From Eledone cirrhosa (Eukaryota): a DNA stretch of 64,000 bases. Below, piece by piece: positions 23,525 through 38,500 of this stretch. A program made the translations under genes and the position numbers. The number at the start of each line of letters is the position of its first letter. Positions within the stretch are counted from its first letter, which is position 1. The DNA is taken from contig OZ024747.1 in the NCBI GenBank assembly GCA_964016885.1, forward strand, positions 77,562,001 through 77,626,000, given 5' to 3'. The notes under the pieces were generated by a model. The model searched no databases and was not told the origin of the DNA. It worked only from the letters and a program-made list of their open reading frames with translations.

Positions 23525-26500
23525 ATTATATACAGTGATGTATCATTGTTATAGTTATTATATATAGGGGTGTATCATTGCTATAGTTATTATATATAGG
23601 GGTGTATCATTGCTATAGTTATTATATATAGGGGTGTATCATTGCTATAGTTATTATATACAGTGGTGTATCATTGCTATAGTTATTATATATAGGGGTG
23701 TATCATTGCTATAGTTATTATATATAGGGGTGTATCATTGCTATAGTTATTATATATAGGGGTGTATCATTGCTATAGTTATTATATACAGTGATGTATC
23801 ATTGTTATAGTTATTATATACAGTGATGTATCATTGCTATAGTTATTATATACAGTGATGTATCATTGCTATAGTTATTATATACAGTGGTGTATCATTG
23901 CTATAGTTATTATATACAGTGATGTATCATTGCTATAGTTATTATATACAGTGGTGTATCATTGCTATAGTTATTATATACAGTGATGTATCATTGCTAT
24001 AGTTATTATATACAGTGGTGTATCATTGCTATAGTTATTATATATAGGGGTGTATCATTGCTATAGTTATTATATACAGTATGTATCATTGTTATAGTTA
24101 TTATATATAGGGTGTGTATCATTGCTATAGTTATTATATATAGGGGTGTATCATTGCTATAGTTATTATATATAGGGGTGTATCATTGCTATAGTTATTA
24201 TATACAGTGATGTATCATTGTTATAGTTATTATATACAGTGATGTATCATTGCTATAGTTATTATATACAGTGGTGTATCATTGTTATAGTTATTATATA
24301 TGGGGTGTGTATCATTGCTATAGTTATTATATATAGGGGTGTATCATTGCTATAGTTATTATATATAGGGGTGTATCATTGCTATAGTTATTATATACAG
24401 TGATGTATCATTGTTATAGTTATTATATACAGTGATGTATCATTGCTATAGTTATTATATACAGTGGTGTATCATTGCTATAGTTATTATATACAGTGGT
24501 GTATCATTGTTATAGTTATTATATATAGGGTGTGTATCATTGCTATAGTTATGATATATAGGGTGTATCATTGCTATAGTTATTATATACAGTGATGTAT
24601 CATTGTTATAGTTATTATATATAGGGTGTGTATCATTGCTATAGTTATTATATATAGGGGTGTATCATTGCTATAGTTATTATATATAGGGGTGTATCAT
24701 TGCTATAGTTATTATATACAGTGGTGTATCATTGCTATAGTTATTATATATAGGGGTGTATCATTGCTATAATTATTATATACAGTGGTGTATCATTGCT
24801 ATAGTTATTATATATAGGGGTGTATCATTGCTATAGTTATTATATACAGTGATGTATCATTGCTATAGTTATTATATATAGGGGTGTATCATTGCTATAG
24901 TTATTATATATAGGGTGTATCATTGCTATAGTTATTATATACAGTGATGTATCATTGCTATAGTTATTATATATAGGGGTGTATCATTGCTATAGTTATT
25001 ATATATAGGGTGTATCATTGCTATAGTTATTATATACAGTGATGTATCATTGCTATAGTTATTATATATAGTGGTGTATCATTGCTATAGTTATTATATA
25101 TAGGGGTGTATCATTGCTATAGTTATTATATATAGGGGTGTATCATTGCTATAGTTATTATATATAGGGGTGTATCATTGCTATAGTTATTATATATAGG
25201 GTGTATCATTGCTATAGTTATTATATACAGTGATGTATCATTGCTATAGTTATTATATATAGGGGTGTATCGTTGCTATAGTTATTATATATAGCGTGTA
25301 TCATTGCTATAGTTATTATATACAGTGATGTATCATTGCTATAGTTATTATATATAGGGGTGTATCATTGCTATAGTTATTATATATAGGGGTGTATCAT
25401 TGCTATAGTTATTATATACAGTGATGTATCATTGCTATAGTTAATATATATAGGGGTGTATCATTGCTATAGTTATTATATATAGGGGTGTATCATTGCT
25501 ATAGTTATTATATATAGGGGTGTATCATTGCTATAGTTATTATATATAGGGATGTATCATTGCTATAGTTATTATATATAGGGGTGTATCATTGCTATAG
25601 TTATTATATATAGGGGTGTATCATTGCTATAGTTATTATATATAGGGGTGTATCATTGCTATAGTTATTATATATAGGGGTGTATCATTGCTATAGTTAT
25701 TATATGTAGGGGTGTATCATTGCTATAATTATTATATACAGTGGTGTATCGTGGCTATAGTTATTATATATAGGGATGTATCATTGCTATAGTTATTATA
25801 TGTAGGGGTGTATCATTGCTATAGTTATTATATACAGTGGTGTATCATTGCTATAATTATTATATACAGTGGTGTATCATTGCTATAGTTATTATATACA
25901 GTGGTGTATCATTGCTATAGTTATTATAAATAGGGGTGTATCATTGCTATAGTTATTATATACAGTGGTGTATCATTGCTATAGTTATTATATATAAGGG
26001 TGTATCATTGCTATAATTATTATATACAGTGGTGTATCATTGCTATAGTTATTATATACAGTGGTGTATCATTGCTATAGTTATTATATACAGTGGTGTA
26101 TCATTGCTATAGTTATTATATATAGGGGTGTATCATTGCTATAGTTATTATATATAGGGTGTATCATTGCTATAGTTATTATATACAGTGGTGTATCATT
26201 GCAAAAGTTATTATATACAGTGGTGTATCATTGCTATAGTTATTATATATAGGGGTGTATCATTGCTATAGTTATTATATACAGTGATGTATCATTGCTA
26301 TAGTTATTATAAATAGGGGTGTATCATTGCTATAGTTATTATATATAGGGGTGTATCATTGCTATAGTTATTATATATAGGGGTGTATCATTGCTATAGT
26401 TATTATATACAGTGATGTATCATTGCTATAGTTATTATATATAGGGGTGTATCATTGCTATAGTTATTATATACAGTGGTGTATCATTGCTATAGTTATT

Positions 26501-29500
26501 ATATATAGGGGTGTATCATTGCTATAGTTATTATATACAGTGGTGTATCATTGCTATAGTTATTATATATAGGGGTGTATCATTGCTATAGTTACTATAT
26601 ATAGGGGTGTATCATTGCTATAGTTATTATATACAGTGGTGTATCATTGCTATAGTTATTATATATAGGGGTGTATCATTGCTATAGTTATTATATACAG
26701 TGGTGTATCATTGCTATAGTTATTATATATAGGGGTGTATCATGGCTATAATTATTATATACAGTGGTGTATCATTGCTATAGTTATTATATATAGGGGT
26801 GTATCATTGCTATAGTTATTATATACAGTGATGTATCATTGCTATAGTTATTATATATAGGGGTGTATCATTGCTATAGTTATTATATATAGGGTGTATC
26901 ATTGCTATAGTTATTATATACAGTGATGTATCATTGCTATAGTTATTATATATAGGGGTGTATCATTGCTATAGTTATTATATATAGGGGTGTATCATTT
27001 CTATAGTTATTATATATAGGGGTGTATCATTGCTATAGTTATTATATACAGTGATGTATCATTGCTATAGTTATTATATATAGGGGTGTATCATTGCTAT
27101 AGTTATTATATATAGGGTGTATCATTGCTATAGTTATTATATACAGTGATGTATCATTGCTATAGTTATTATATATAGGGGTGTATCATTGCTATAGTTA
27201 TTATATATAGGGGTGTATCATTGCTATAGTTATTATATATAGGGGTGTATCATTGCTATAGTTATTATATACAGTGATGTATCATTGCTATAGTTATTAT
27301 ATATAGGGGTGTATCATTGCTATAGTTATTATATATAGGGTGTATCATTGCTATAGTTATTATATACAGTGATGTATCATTGCTATAGTTATTATATATA
27401 GGGGTGTATCATTGCTATAGTTATTATATTTAGGGGTATATCATTGCTATAGTTATTATATACAGTGATGTATCATTGCTATAGTTAATATATATAGGGG
27501 TGTATCATTGCTATAGTTATTATATATAGGGGTGTATCATTGCTATAGTTATTATATATAGGGGTGTATCATTGCTATAGTTATTATATATAGGGATGTA
27601 TCATTGCTATAGTTATTATATACAGTGATGTATCATTGCTATAGTTATTATATATAGGGGTGTATCATTGCTATAGTTATTATATATAGGGTGTATCATT
27701 GCTATAGTTATTATATATAGGGATGTATCATTGCTATAGTTATTATATATAGGGGTGTATCATTGCTATAGTTATTATATATAGGGGTGTATCATTGCTA
27801 TAGTTATTATATGTAGGGGTGTATCATTGCTATAATTATTATATACAGTGGTGTATCGTGGCTATAGTTATTATATATAGGCATGTATCATTGCTATAGT
27901 TATTATATACAGTGGTGTATTATTGCTATAATTATTATATACAGTGGTGTATCATTGCTATAGTTATTATATACAGTGGTGTATCATTGCTATAGTTATT
28001 ATATATAGGGGTGTATCATTGCTATAGTTATTATATACAGTGATGTATCATTGCTATAGTTATTATATGTAGGGGTGTATCATTGCTATAATTATTATAT
28101 ACAGTGGTGTATCATTGCTATAGTTATTATATACAGTTGTGTATCATTGCTATAGTTATTATATACAGTGGTGTATCATTGCTATAGTTATTATATATGG
28201 GGGTGTATCATTGCTATAGTTATTATATGTAGGGGTGTATCATTGCTATAGTTATTATATACAGTGGTGTATCATTGCTATAGTTATTATATACAGTGGT
28301 GTATCATTGCTATAGTTATTATATATAGGGGTGTATCATTGCTATAGTTATTATATGTAGGGGTGTATCATTGCTATAGTTATTATATATAGGGGTGTAT
28401 CATTGCTATAGTTATTATATATAGGGGTGTATCATTGCTATAGTTATTATATACAGTGATGTATCATTGTTATAGTTATTATATACAGTGATGTATCATT
28501 GCTATAGTTATTATATACAGTGGTGTATCATTGCTATAGTTATTATATACAGTGATGTATCATTGCTATAGTTATTATATACAGTGGTGTATCATTGCTA
28601 TAGTTATTATATACAGTGATGTATCATTGCTATAGTTATTATATACAGTGGTGTATCATTGCTATAGTTATTATATATAGGGGTGTATCATTGCTATAGT
28701 TATTATATACAGTGATGTATCATTGTTATAGTTATTATATATAGGGTGTGTATCATTGCTATAGTTATTATATATAGGGGTGTATCATTGCTATAGTTAT
28801 TATATATAGGGGTGTATCATTGCTATAGTTATTATATACAGTGATGTATCATTGTTATAGTTATTATATACAGTGATGTATCATTGCTTTAGTTATTATA
28901 TACAGTGGTGTATCATTGTTATAGTTATTATATATAGGGTGTGTATCATTGCTATAGTTATTATATATAGGGGTGTATCATTGCTATAGTTATTATATAT
29001 AGGGGTGTATCATTGCTATAGTTATTATATATAGTGATGTATCATTGTTATAGTTATTATATACAGTGATGTATCATTGCTATAGTTATTATATACAGTG
29101 GTGTATCATTGCTATAGTTATTATATACAGTGGTGTATCATTGTTATAGTTATTATATATAGGGTGTGTATCATTGCTATAGTTATTATATATAGGGGTG
29201 TATCATTGCTATAGTTATTATATATAGGGTGTGTATCATTGCTAGAGTTATTATATATAGGGTGTGTATCATTGCTATAGTTATTATATATAGGGGTGTA
29301 TCATTGCTATAGTTATTATATACAGTGATGTATCATTGTTATAGTTATTATATATAGGGTGTGTATCATTGCTATAGTTATTATATATAGGGGTGTATCA
29401 TTGCTATAGTTAATATATATAGGGGTGTATCATTGCTATAGTTATTATATATAGGGGTGTATCATTGCTATAGTTATTATATATAGGGGTGTATCATTGC

Positions 29501-32500
29501 TATAGTTATTATATATAGGGATGTATCATTGCTATAGTTATTATATATAGGGTGTATCATTGATATAGTTATTATATATAGGGATGTATCATTGCTATAG
29601 TTATTATATATAGGGGTGTATCATTGCTATAGTTATTATATACAGTGGTGTATCATTGCTATAGTTATTATATATAGGGGTGTATCATTGCTATAATTAT
29701 TATATACAGTGGTGTATCATTGCTATAGTTATTATATACAGTGGTGTATCATTGCTATAGTTATTATATACAGTGGTGTATCATTGCTATAGTTATTATA
29801 TATAGGGGTGTATCATTGCTATAGTTATTATATGTAGGAGTGTATCATTGCTATAGTTATTATATATAGGGGTGTATCATTGCTATAGTTATTATATATA
29901 GGGTGTATCATTGATATAGTTATTATATATAGGGATGTATCATTGCTATAGTTATTATATACAGTGGTGTATCATTGCTATAGTTATTATATATAGGGGT
30001 GTATCATTGCTATAGTTATTATATATAGGGTGTATCATTGCTATAGTTATTATATACAGTGGTGTATCATTGCAATAGTTATTATATACAGTGGTGTATC
30101 ATTGCTATAGTTATTATATATAGGGGTGTATCATTGCTATAGTTATTATATACAGTGATGTATCATTGCTATAGTTATTATATATAGGGGTGTATCATTG
30201 CTACAGTTATTATATATAGGGGTGTATCATTGCTATAGTTATTATATATAGGGGTGTATCATTGCTATAGTTATTATATACAGTGATGTATCATTGCTAT
30301 AGTTATTATATATAGGGGTGTATCATTGCTATAGTTATTATATACAGTGGTGTATCATTGCTATAGTTATTATATATAGGGGTGTATCATTGCTATAGTT
30401 ATTATATACAGTGGTGTATCATTGCTATAGTTATTATATATAGGGGTGTATCATTGCTATAGTTATTATATATAGGGTGTATCATTGCTATAGTTATTAT
30501 ATACAGTGGTGTATCATTGCAAAAGTTATTATATACAGTGGTGTATCATTGCTATAGTTATTATATATAGGGGTGTATCATTGCTATAGTTATTATATAC
30601 AGTGATGTATCATTGCTATAGTTATTATAAATAGGGGTGTATCATTGCTATAGTTATTATATATAGGGGTGTATCATTGCTATAGTTATTATATATAGGG
30701 GTGTATCATTGCTATAGTTATTATATACAGTGATGTATCATTGCTATAGTTATTATATATAGGGGTGTATCATTGCTATAGTTATTATATACAGTGGTGT
30801 ATCATTGCTATAGTTATTATATATAGGGGTGTATCATTGCTATAGTTATTATATACAGTGGTGTATCATTGCTATAGTTATTATATATAGGGGTGTATCA
30901 TTGCTATAGTTACTATATATAGGGGTGTATCATTGCTATAGTTATTATATACAGTGGTGTATCATTGCTATAGTTATTATATATAGGGGTGTATCATTGC
31001 TATAGTTATTATATACAGTGGTGTATCATTGCTATAGTTATTATATATAGGGGTGTATCATGGCTATAATTATTATATACAGTGGTGTATCATTGCTATA
31101 GTTATTATATATAGGGGTGTATCATTGCTATAGTTATTATATACAGTGATGTATCATTGCTATAGTTATTATATATAGGGGTGTATCATTGCTATAGTTA
31201 TTATATATAGGGTGTATCATTGCTATAGTTATTATATACAGTGATGTATCATTGCTATAGTTATTATATATAGGGGTGTATCATTGCTATAGTTATTATA
31301 TATAGGGGTGTATCATTTCTATAGTTATTATATATAGGGGTGTATCATTGCTATAGTTATTATATACAGTGATGTATCATTGCTATAGTTATTATATATA
31401 GGGGTGTATCATTGCTATAGTTATTATATATAGGGTGTATCATTGCTATAGTTATTATATACAGTGATGTATCATTGCTATAGTTATTATATATAGGGGT
31501 GTATCATTGCTATAGTTATTATATATAGGGGTGTATCATTGCTATAGTTATTATATATAGGGGTGTATCATTGCTATAGTTATTATATACAGTGATGTAT
31601 CATTGCTATAGTTATTATATATAGGGGTGTATCATTGCTATAGTTATTATATATAGGGTGTATCATTGCTATAGTTATTATATACAGTGATGTATCATTG
31701 CTATAGTTATTATATATAGGGGTGTATCATTGCTATAGTTATTATATATAGGGGTATATCATTGCTATAGTTATTATATACAGTGATGTATCATTGCTAT
31801 AGTTAATATATATAGGGGTGTATCATTGCTATAGTTATTATATATAGGGGTGTATCATTGCTATAGTTATTATATATAGGGGTGTATCATTGCTATAGTT
31901 ATTATATATAGGGATGTATCATTGCTATAGTTATTATATACAGTGATGTATCATTGCTATAGTTATTATATATAGGGGTGTATCATTGCTATAGTTATTA
32001 TATATAGGGTGTATCATTGCTATAGTTATTATATATAGGGATGTATCATTGCTATAGTTATTATATATAGGGGTGTATCATTGCTATAGTTATTATATAT
32101 AGGGGTGTATCATTGCTATAGTTATTATATGTAGGGGTGTATCATTGCTATAATTATTATATACAGTGGTGTATCGTGGCTATAGTTATTATATATAGGC
32201 ATGTATCATTGCTATAGTTATTATATACAGTGGTGTATTATTGCTATAATTATTATATACAGTGGTGTATCATTGCTATAGTTATTATATACAGTGGTGT
32301 ATCATTGCTATAGTTATTATATATAGGGGTGTATCATTGCTATAGTTATTATATACAGTGATGTATCATTGCTATAGTTATTATATGTAGGGGTGTATCA
32401 TTGCTATAATTATTATATACAGTGGTGTATCATTGCTATAGTTATTATATACAGTTGTGTATCATTGCTATAGTTATTATATACAGTGGTGTATCATTGC

Positions 32501-35500
32501 TATAGTTATTATATATGGGGGTGTATCATTGCTATAGTTATTATATGTAGGGGTGTATCATTGCTATAGTTATTATATACAGTGGTGTATCATTGCTATA
32601 GTTATTATATACAGTGGTGTATCATTGCTATAGTTATTATATATAGGGGTGTATCATTGCTATAGTTATTATATGTAGGGGTGTATCATTGCTATAGTTA
32701 TTATATATAGGGGTGTATCATTGCTATAGTTATTATATATAGGGGTGTATCATTGCTATAGTTATTATATACAGTGATGTATCATTGTTATAGTTATTAT
32801 ATACAGTGATGTATCATTGCTATAGTTATTATATACAGTGGTGTATCATTGCTATCGTTATTATATACAGTGATGTATCATTGCTATAGTTATTATATAC
32901 AGTGGTGTATCATTGCTATAGTTATTATATACAGTGATGTATCATTGCTATAGTTATTATATACAGTGGTGTATCATTGCTATAGTTATTATATATAGGG
33001 GTGTATCATTGCTATAGTTATTATATACAGTGATGTATCATTGTTATAGTTATTATATATAGGGTGTGTATCATTGCTATAGTTATTATATATAGGGGTG
33101 TATCATTGCTATAGTTATTATATATAGGGGTATATCATTGCTATAGTTATTATATACAGTGATGTATCATTGTTATAGTTATTATATACAGTGATGTATC
33201 ATTGCTTTAGTTATTATATACAGTGGTGTATCATTGTTATAGTTATTATATATAGGGTGTGTATCATTGCTATAGTTATTATATATAGGGGTGTATCATT
33301 GCTATAGTTATTATATATAGGGGTGTATCATTGCTATAGTTATTATATATAGTGATGTATCATTGTTATAGTTATTATATACAGTGATGTATCATTGCTA
33401 TAGTTATTATATACAGTGGTGTATCATTGCTATAGTTATTATATACAGTGGTGTATCATTGTTATAGTTATTATATATAGGGTGTGTATCATTGCTATAG
33501 TTATTATATATAGGGGTGTATCATTGCTATAGTTATTATATATAGGGTGTGTATCATTGCTAGAGTTATTATATATAGGGTGTGTATCATTGCTATAGTT
33601 ATTATATATAGGGGTGTATCATTGCTATAGTTATTATATACAGTGATGTATCATTGTTATAGTTATTATATATAGGGTGTGTATCATTGCTATAGTTATT
33701 ATATATAGGGGTGTATCATTGCTATAGTTAATATATATAGGGGTGTATCATTGCTATAGTTATTATATATAGGGGTGTATCATTGCTATAGTTATTATAT
33801 ATAGGGGTGTATCATTGCTATAGTTATTATATATAGGGATGTATCATTGCTATAGTTATTATATATAGGGTGTATCATTGATATAGTTATTATATATAGG
33901 GATGTATCATTGCTATAGTTATTATATATAGGGGTGTATCATTGCTATAGTTATTATATACAGTGGTGTATCATTGCTATAGTTATTATATATAGGGGTG
34001 TATCATTGCTATAATTATTATATACAGTGGTGTATCATTGCTATAGTTATTATATACAGTGGTGTATCATTGCTATAGTTATTATATACAGTGGTGTATC
34101 ATTGCTATAGTTATTATATATAGGGGTGTATCATTGCTATAGTTATTATATGTAGGAGTGTATCATTGCTATAGTTATTATATATAGGGGTGTATCATTG
34201 CTATAGTTATTATATATAGGGTGTATCATTGATATAGTTATTATATATAGGGATGTATCATTGCTATAGTTATTATATACAGTGGTGTATCATTGCTATA
34301 GTTATTATATATAGGGGTGTATCATTGCTATAGTTATTATATATAGGGTGTATCATTGCTATAGTTATTATATACAGTGGTGTATCATTGCAATAGTTAT
34401 TATATACAGTGGTGTATCATTGCTATAGTTATTATATATAGGGGTGTATCATTGCTATAGTTATTATATACAGTGATGTATCATTGCTATAGTTATTATA
34501 TATAGGGGTGTATCATTGCTACAGTTATTATATATAGGGGTGTATCATTGCTATAGTTATTATATATAGGGGTGTATCATTGCTATAGTTATTATATACA
34601 GTGATGTATCATTGCTATAGTTATTATATATAGGGGTGTATCATTGCTATAGTTATTATATACAGTGGTGTATCATTGCTATAGTTATTATATATAGGGG
34701 TGTATCATTGCTATAGTTATTATATACAGTGGTGCATCATTGCTATAGTTATTATATATAGGGGTGTATCATGGCTATAATTATTATATACAGTGGTGTA
34801 TCATTGCTATAGTTATTATATATAGGGGTGTATCATTGCTATAGTTATTATATACAGTGATGTATCATTGCTATAGTTATTATATATAGGGGTGTATCAT
34901 TGCTATAGTTATTATATACAGTGATGTATCATTGCTATAGTTATTATATATAGGGGTGTATCATTGCTATAGTTATTATATATAGGGTGTATCATTGCTA
35001 TAGTTATTATATATAGGGGTGTATCATTGCTATAGTTATTATATACAGTGATGTATCATTGCTATAGTTATTATATATAGGGGTGTATCATTGCTATAGT
35101 TATTATATATAGGGTGTATCATTGCTATAGTTATTATATACAGTGATGTATCATTGCTATAGTTATTATATATAGGGGTGTATCATTGCTATAGTTATTA
35201 TATATAGGGGTGTATCATTGCTATAGTTATTATATATAGGGGTGTATCATTGCTATAGTTATTATATACAGTGATGTATCATTGCTATAGTTATTATATA
35301 TAGGGGTGTATCATTGCTATAGTTATTATATATAGGGTGTATCATTGCTATAGTTATTATATACAGTGATGTATCATTGCTATAGTTATTATATATAGGG
35401 GTGTATCATTGCTATAGTTATTATATATAGGAGTATATCATTGCTATAGTTATTATATACAGTGATGTATCATTGCTATAGTTAATATATATAGGGGTGT

Positions 35501-38500
35501 ATCATTGCTATAGTTATTATATATAGGGGTGTATCATTGCTATAGTTATTATATATAGGGGTGTATCATTGCTATAGTTATTATATATAGGGATGTATCA
35601 TTGCTATAGTTATTATATACAGTGATGTATCATTGCTATAGTTATTATATATAGGGGTGTATCATTGCTATAGTTATTATATATAGGGTGTATCATTGCT
35701 ATAGTTATTATATATAGGGATGTATCATTGCTATAGTTATTATATATAGGGGTGTATCATTGCTATAGTTATTATATATAGGGGTGTATCATTGCTATAG
35801 TTATTATATGTAGGGGTGTATCATTGCTATAATTATTATATACAGTGGTGTATCGTGGCTATAGTTATTATATATAGGGATGTATCATTGCTATAGTTAT
35901 TATATACAGTGGTGTATTATTGCTATAATTATTATATACAGTGGTGTATCATTACTATATTTATTATATACAGTGGTGTATCATTGCTATAGTTATTATA
36001 TATAGGGGTGTATCATTGCTATAGTTATTATATACAGTGGTGTATCATTGCTATAGTTATTATATATAGGGGTGTATCATTGCTATAATTATTATATACA
36101 GTGGTGTATCATTGCTATAGTTATTATATACAGTTGTGTATCATTGCTATAGTTATTATATACAGTGGTGTATCATTGCTATAGTTATTATATATAGGGT
36201 CTATTATTGCTATAGTTATTATATGTAGGGGTGTATCATTGCTATAGTTATTATATACAGTGGTGTATCATTGCTATAGTTATTATATACAGTGGTGTAT
36301 CATTGCTATAGTTATTATATATAGGGGTGTATCATTGCTATAGTTATTATATGTAGGGGTGTATCATTGCTATAGTTATTATATATAGGGGTGTATCATT
36401 GCTATAGTTATTATATATAGGGGTGTATCATTGCTATAGTTATTATATACAGTGATGTATCATTGTTATAGTTATTATATACAGTGGTGTATCATTGCTA
36501 TAGTTATTATATACAGTGATGTATCATTGCTATAGTTATTATATACAGTGGTGTATCATTGCTATAGTTATTATATACAGTGGTGTATCATTGCTATAGT
36601 TATTATATATAGGGGTGTATCATTGCTATAGTTATTATATGTAGGAGTGTATCATTGCTATAGTTATTATATATAGGGGTGTATCATTGCTATAGTTATT
36701 ATATATAGGGTGTATCATTGATATAGTTATTATATATAGGGATGTATCATTGCTATAGTTATTATATACAGTGGTGTATCATTGCTATAGTTATTATATA
36801 TAGGGGTGTATCATTGCTATAGTTATTATATATAGGGTGTATCATTGCTATAGTTATTATATACAGTGGTGTATCATTGCAATAGTTATTATATACAGTG
36901 GTGTATCATTGCTATAGTTATTATATATAGGGGTGTATCATTGCTATAGTTATTATATACAGTGATGTATCATTGCTATAGTTATTATATATAGGGGTGT
37001 ATCATTGCTATAGTTATTATATATAGGGGTGTATCATTGCTATAGTTATTATATATAGGGGTGTATCATTGCTATAGTTATTATATACAGTGATGTATCA
37101 TTGCTATAGTTATTATATATAGGGGTGTATCATTGCTATAGTTATTATATACAGTGGTGTATCATTGCTATAGTTATTATATATAGGGGTGTATCATTGC
37201 TATAGTTATTATATACAGTGGTGCATCATTGCTATAGTTATTATATATAGGGGTGTATCATGGCTATAATTATTATATACAGTGGTGTATCATTGCTATA
37301 GTTATTATATATAGGGGTGTATCATTGCTATAGTTATTATATACAGTGATGTATCATTGCTATAGTTATTATATATAGGGGTGTATCATTGCTATAGTTA
37401 TTATATATAGGGTGTATCATTGCTATAGTTATTATATACAGTGATGTATCATTGCTATAGTTATTATATATAGGGGTGTATCATTGCTATAGTTATTATA
37501 TATATAGGGTGTATCATTGCTATAGTTATTATATATAGGGGTGTATCATTGCTATAGTTATTATATACAGTGATGTATCATTGCTATAGTTATTATATAT
37601 AGGGGTGTATCATTGCTATAGTTATTATATATAGGGTGTATCATTGCTATAGTTATTATATACAGTGATGTATCATTGCTATAGTTATTATATATAGGGG
37701 TGTATCATTGCTATAGTTATTATATATAGGGGTGTATCATTGCTATAGTTATTATATATAGGGGTGTATCATTGCTATAGTTATTATATACAGTGATGTA
37801 TCATTGCTATAGTTATTATATATAGGGGTGTATCATTGCTATAGTTATTATATATAGGGTGTATCATTGCTATAGTTATTATATACAGTGATGTATCATT
37901 GCTATAGTTATTATATATAGGGGTGTATCATTGCTATAGTTATTATATATAGGAGTATATCATTGCTATAGTTATTATATACAGTGATGTATCATTGCTA
38001 TAGTTAATATATATAGGGGTGTATCATTGCTATAGTTATTATATATAGGGGTGTATCATTGCTATAGTTATTATATATAGGGGTGTATCATTGCTATAGT
38101 TATTATATATAGGGATGTATCATTGCTATAGTTATTATATACAGTGATGTATCATTGCTATAGTTATTATATATAGGGGTGTATCATTGCTATAGTTATT
38201 ATATATCGGGTGTATCATTGCTATAGTTATTATATATAGGGATGTATCATTGCTATAGTTATTATATATAGGGGTGTATCATTGCTATAGTTATTATATA
38301 TAGGGGTGTATCATTGCTATAGTTATTATATGTAGGGGTGTATCATTGCTATAATTATTATATACAGTGGTGTATCGTGGCTATAGTTATTATATATAGG
38401 GATGTATCATTGCTATAGTTATTATATACAGTGGTGTATTATTGCTATAGTTATTATATACAGTGGTGTATCATTGCTATAGTTATTATATATAGGGGTG

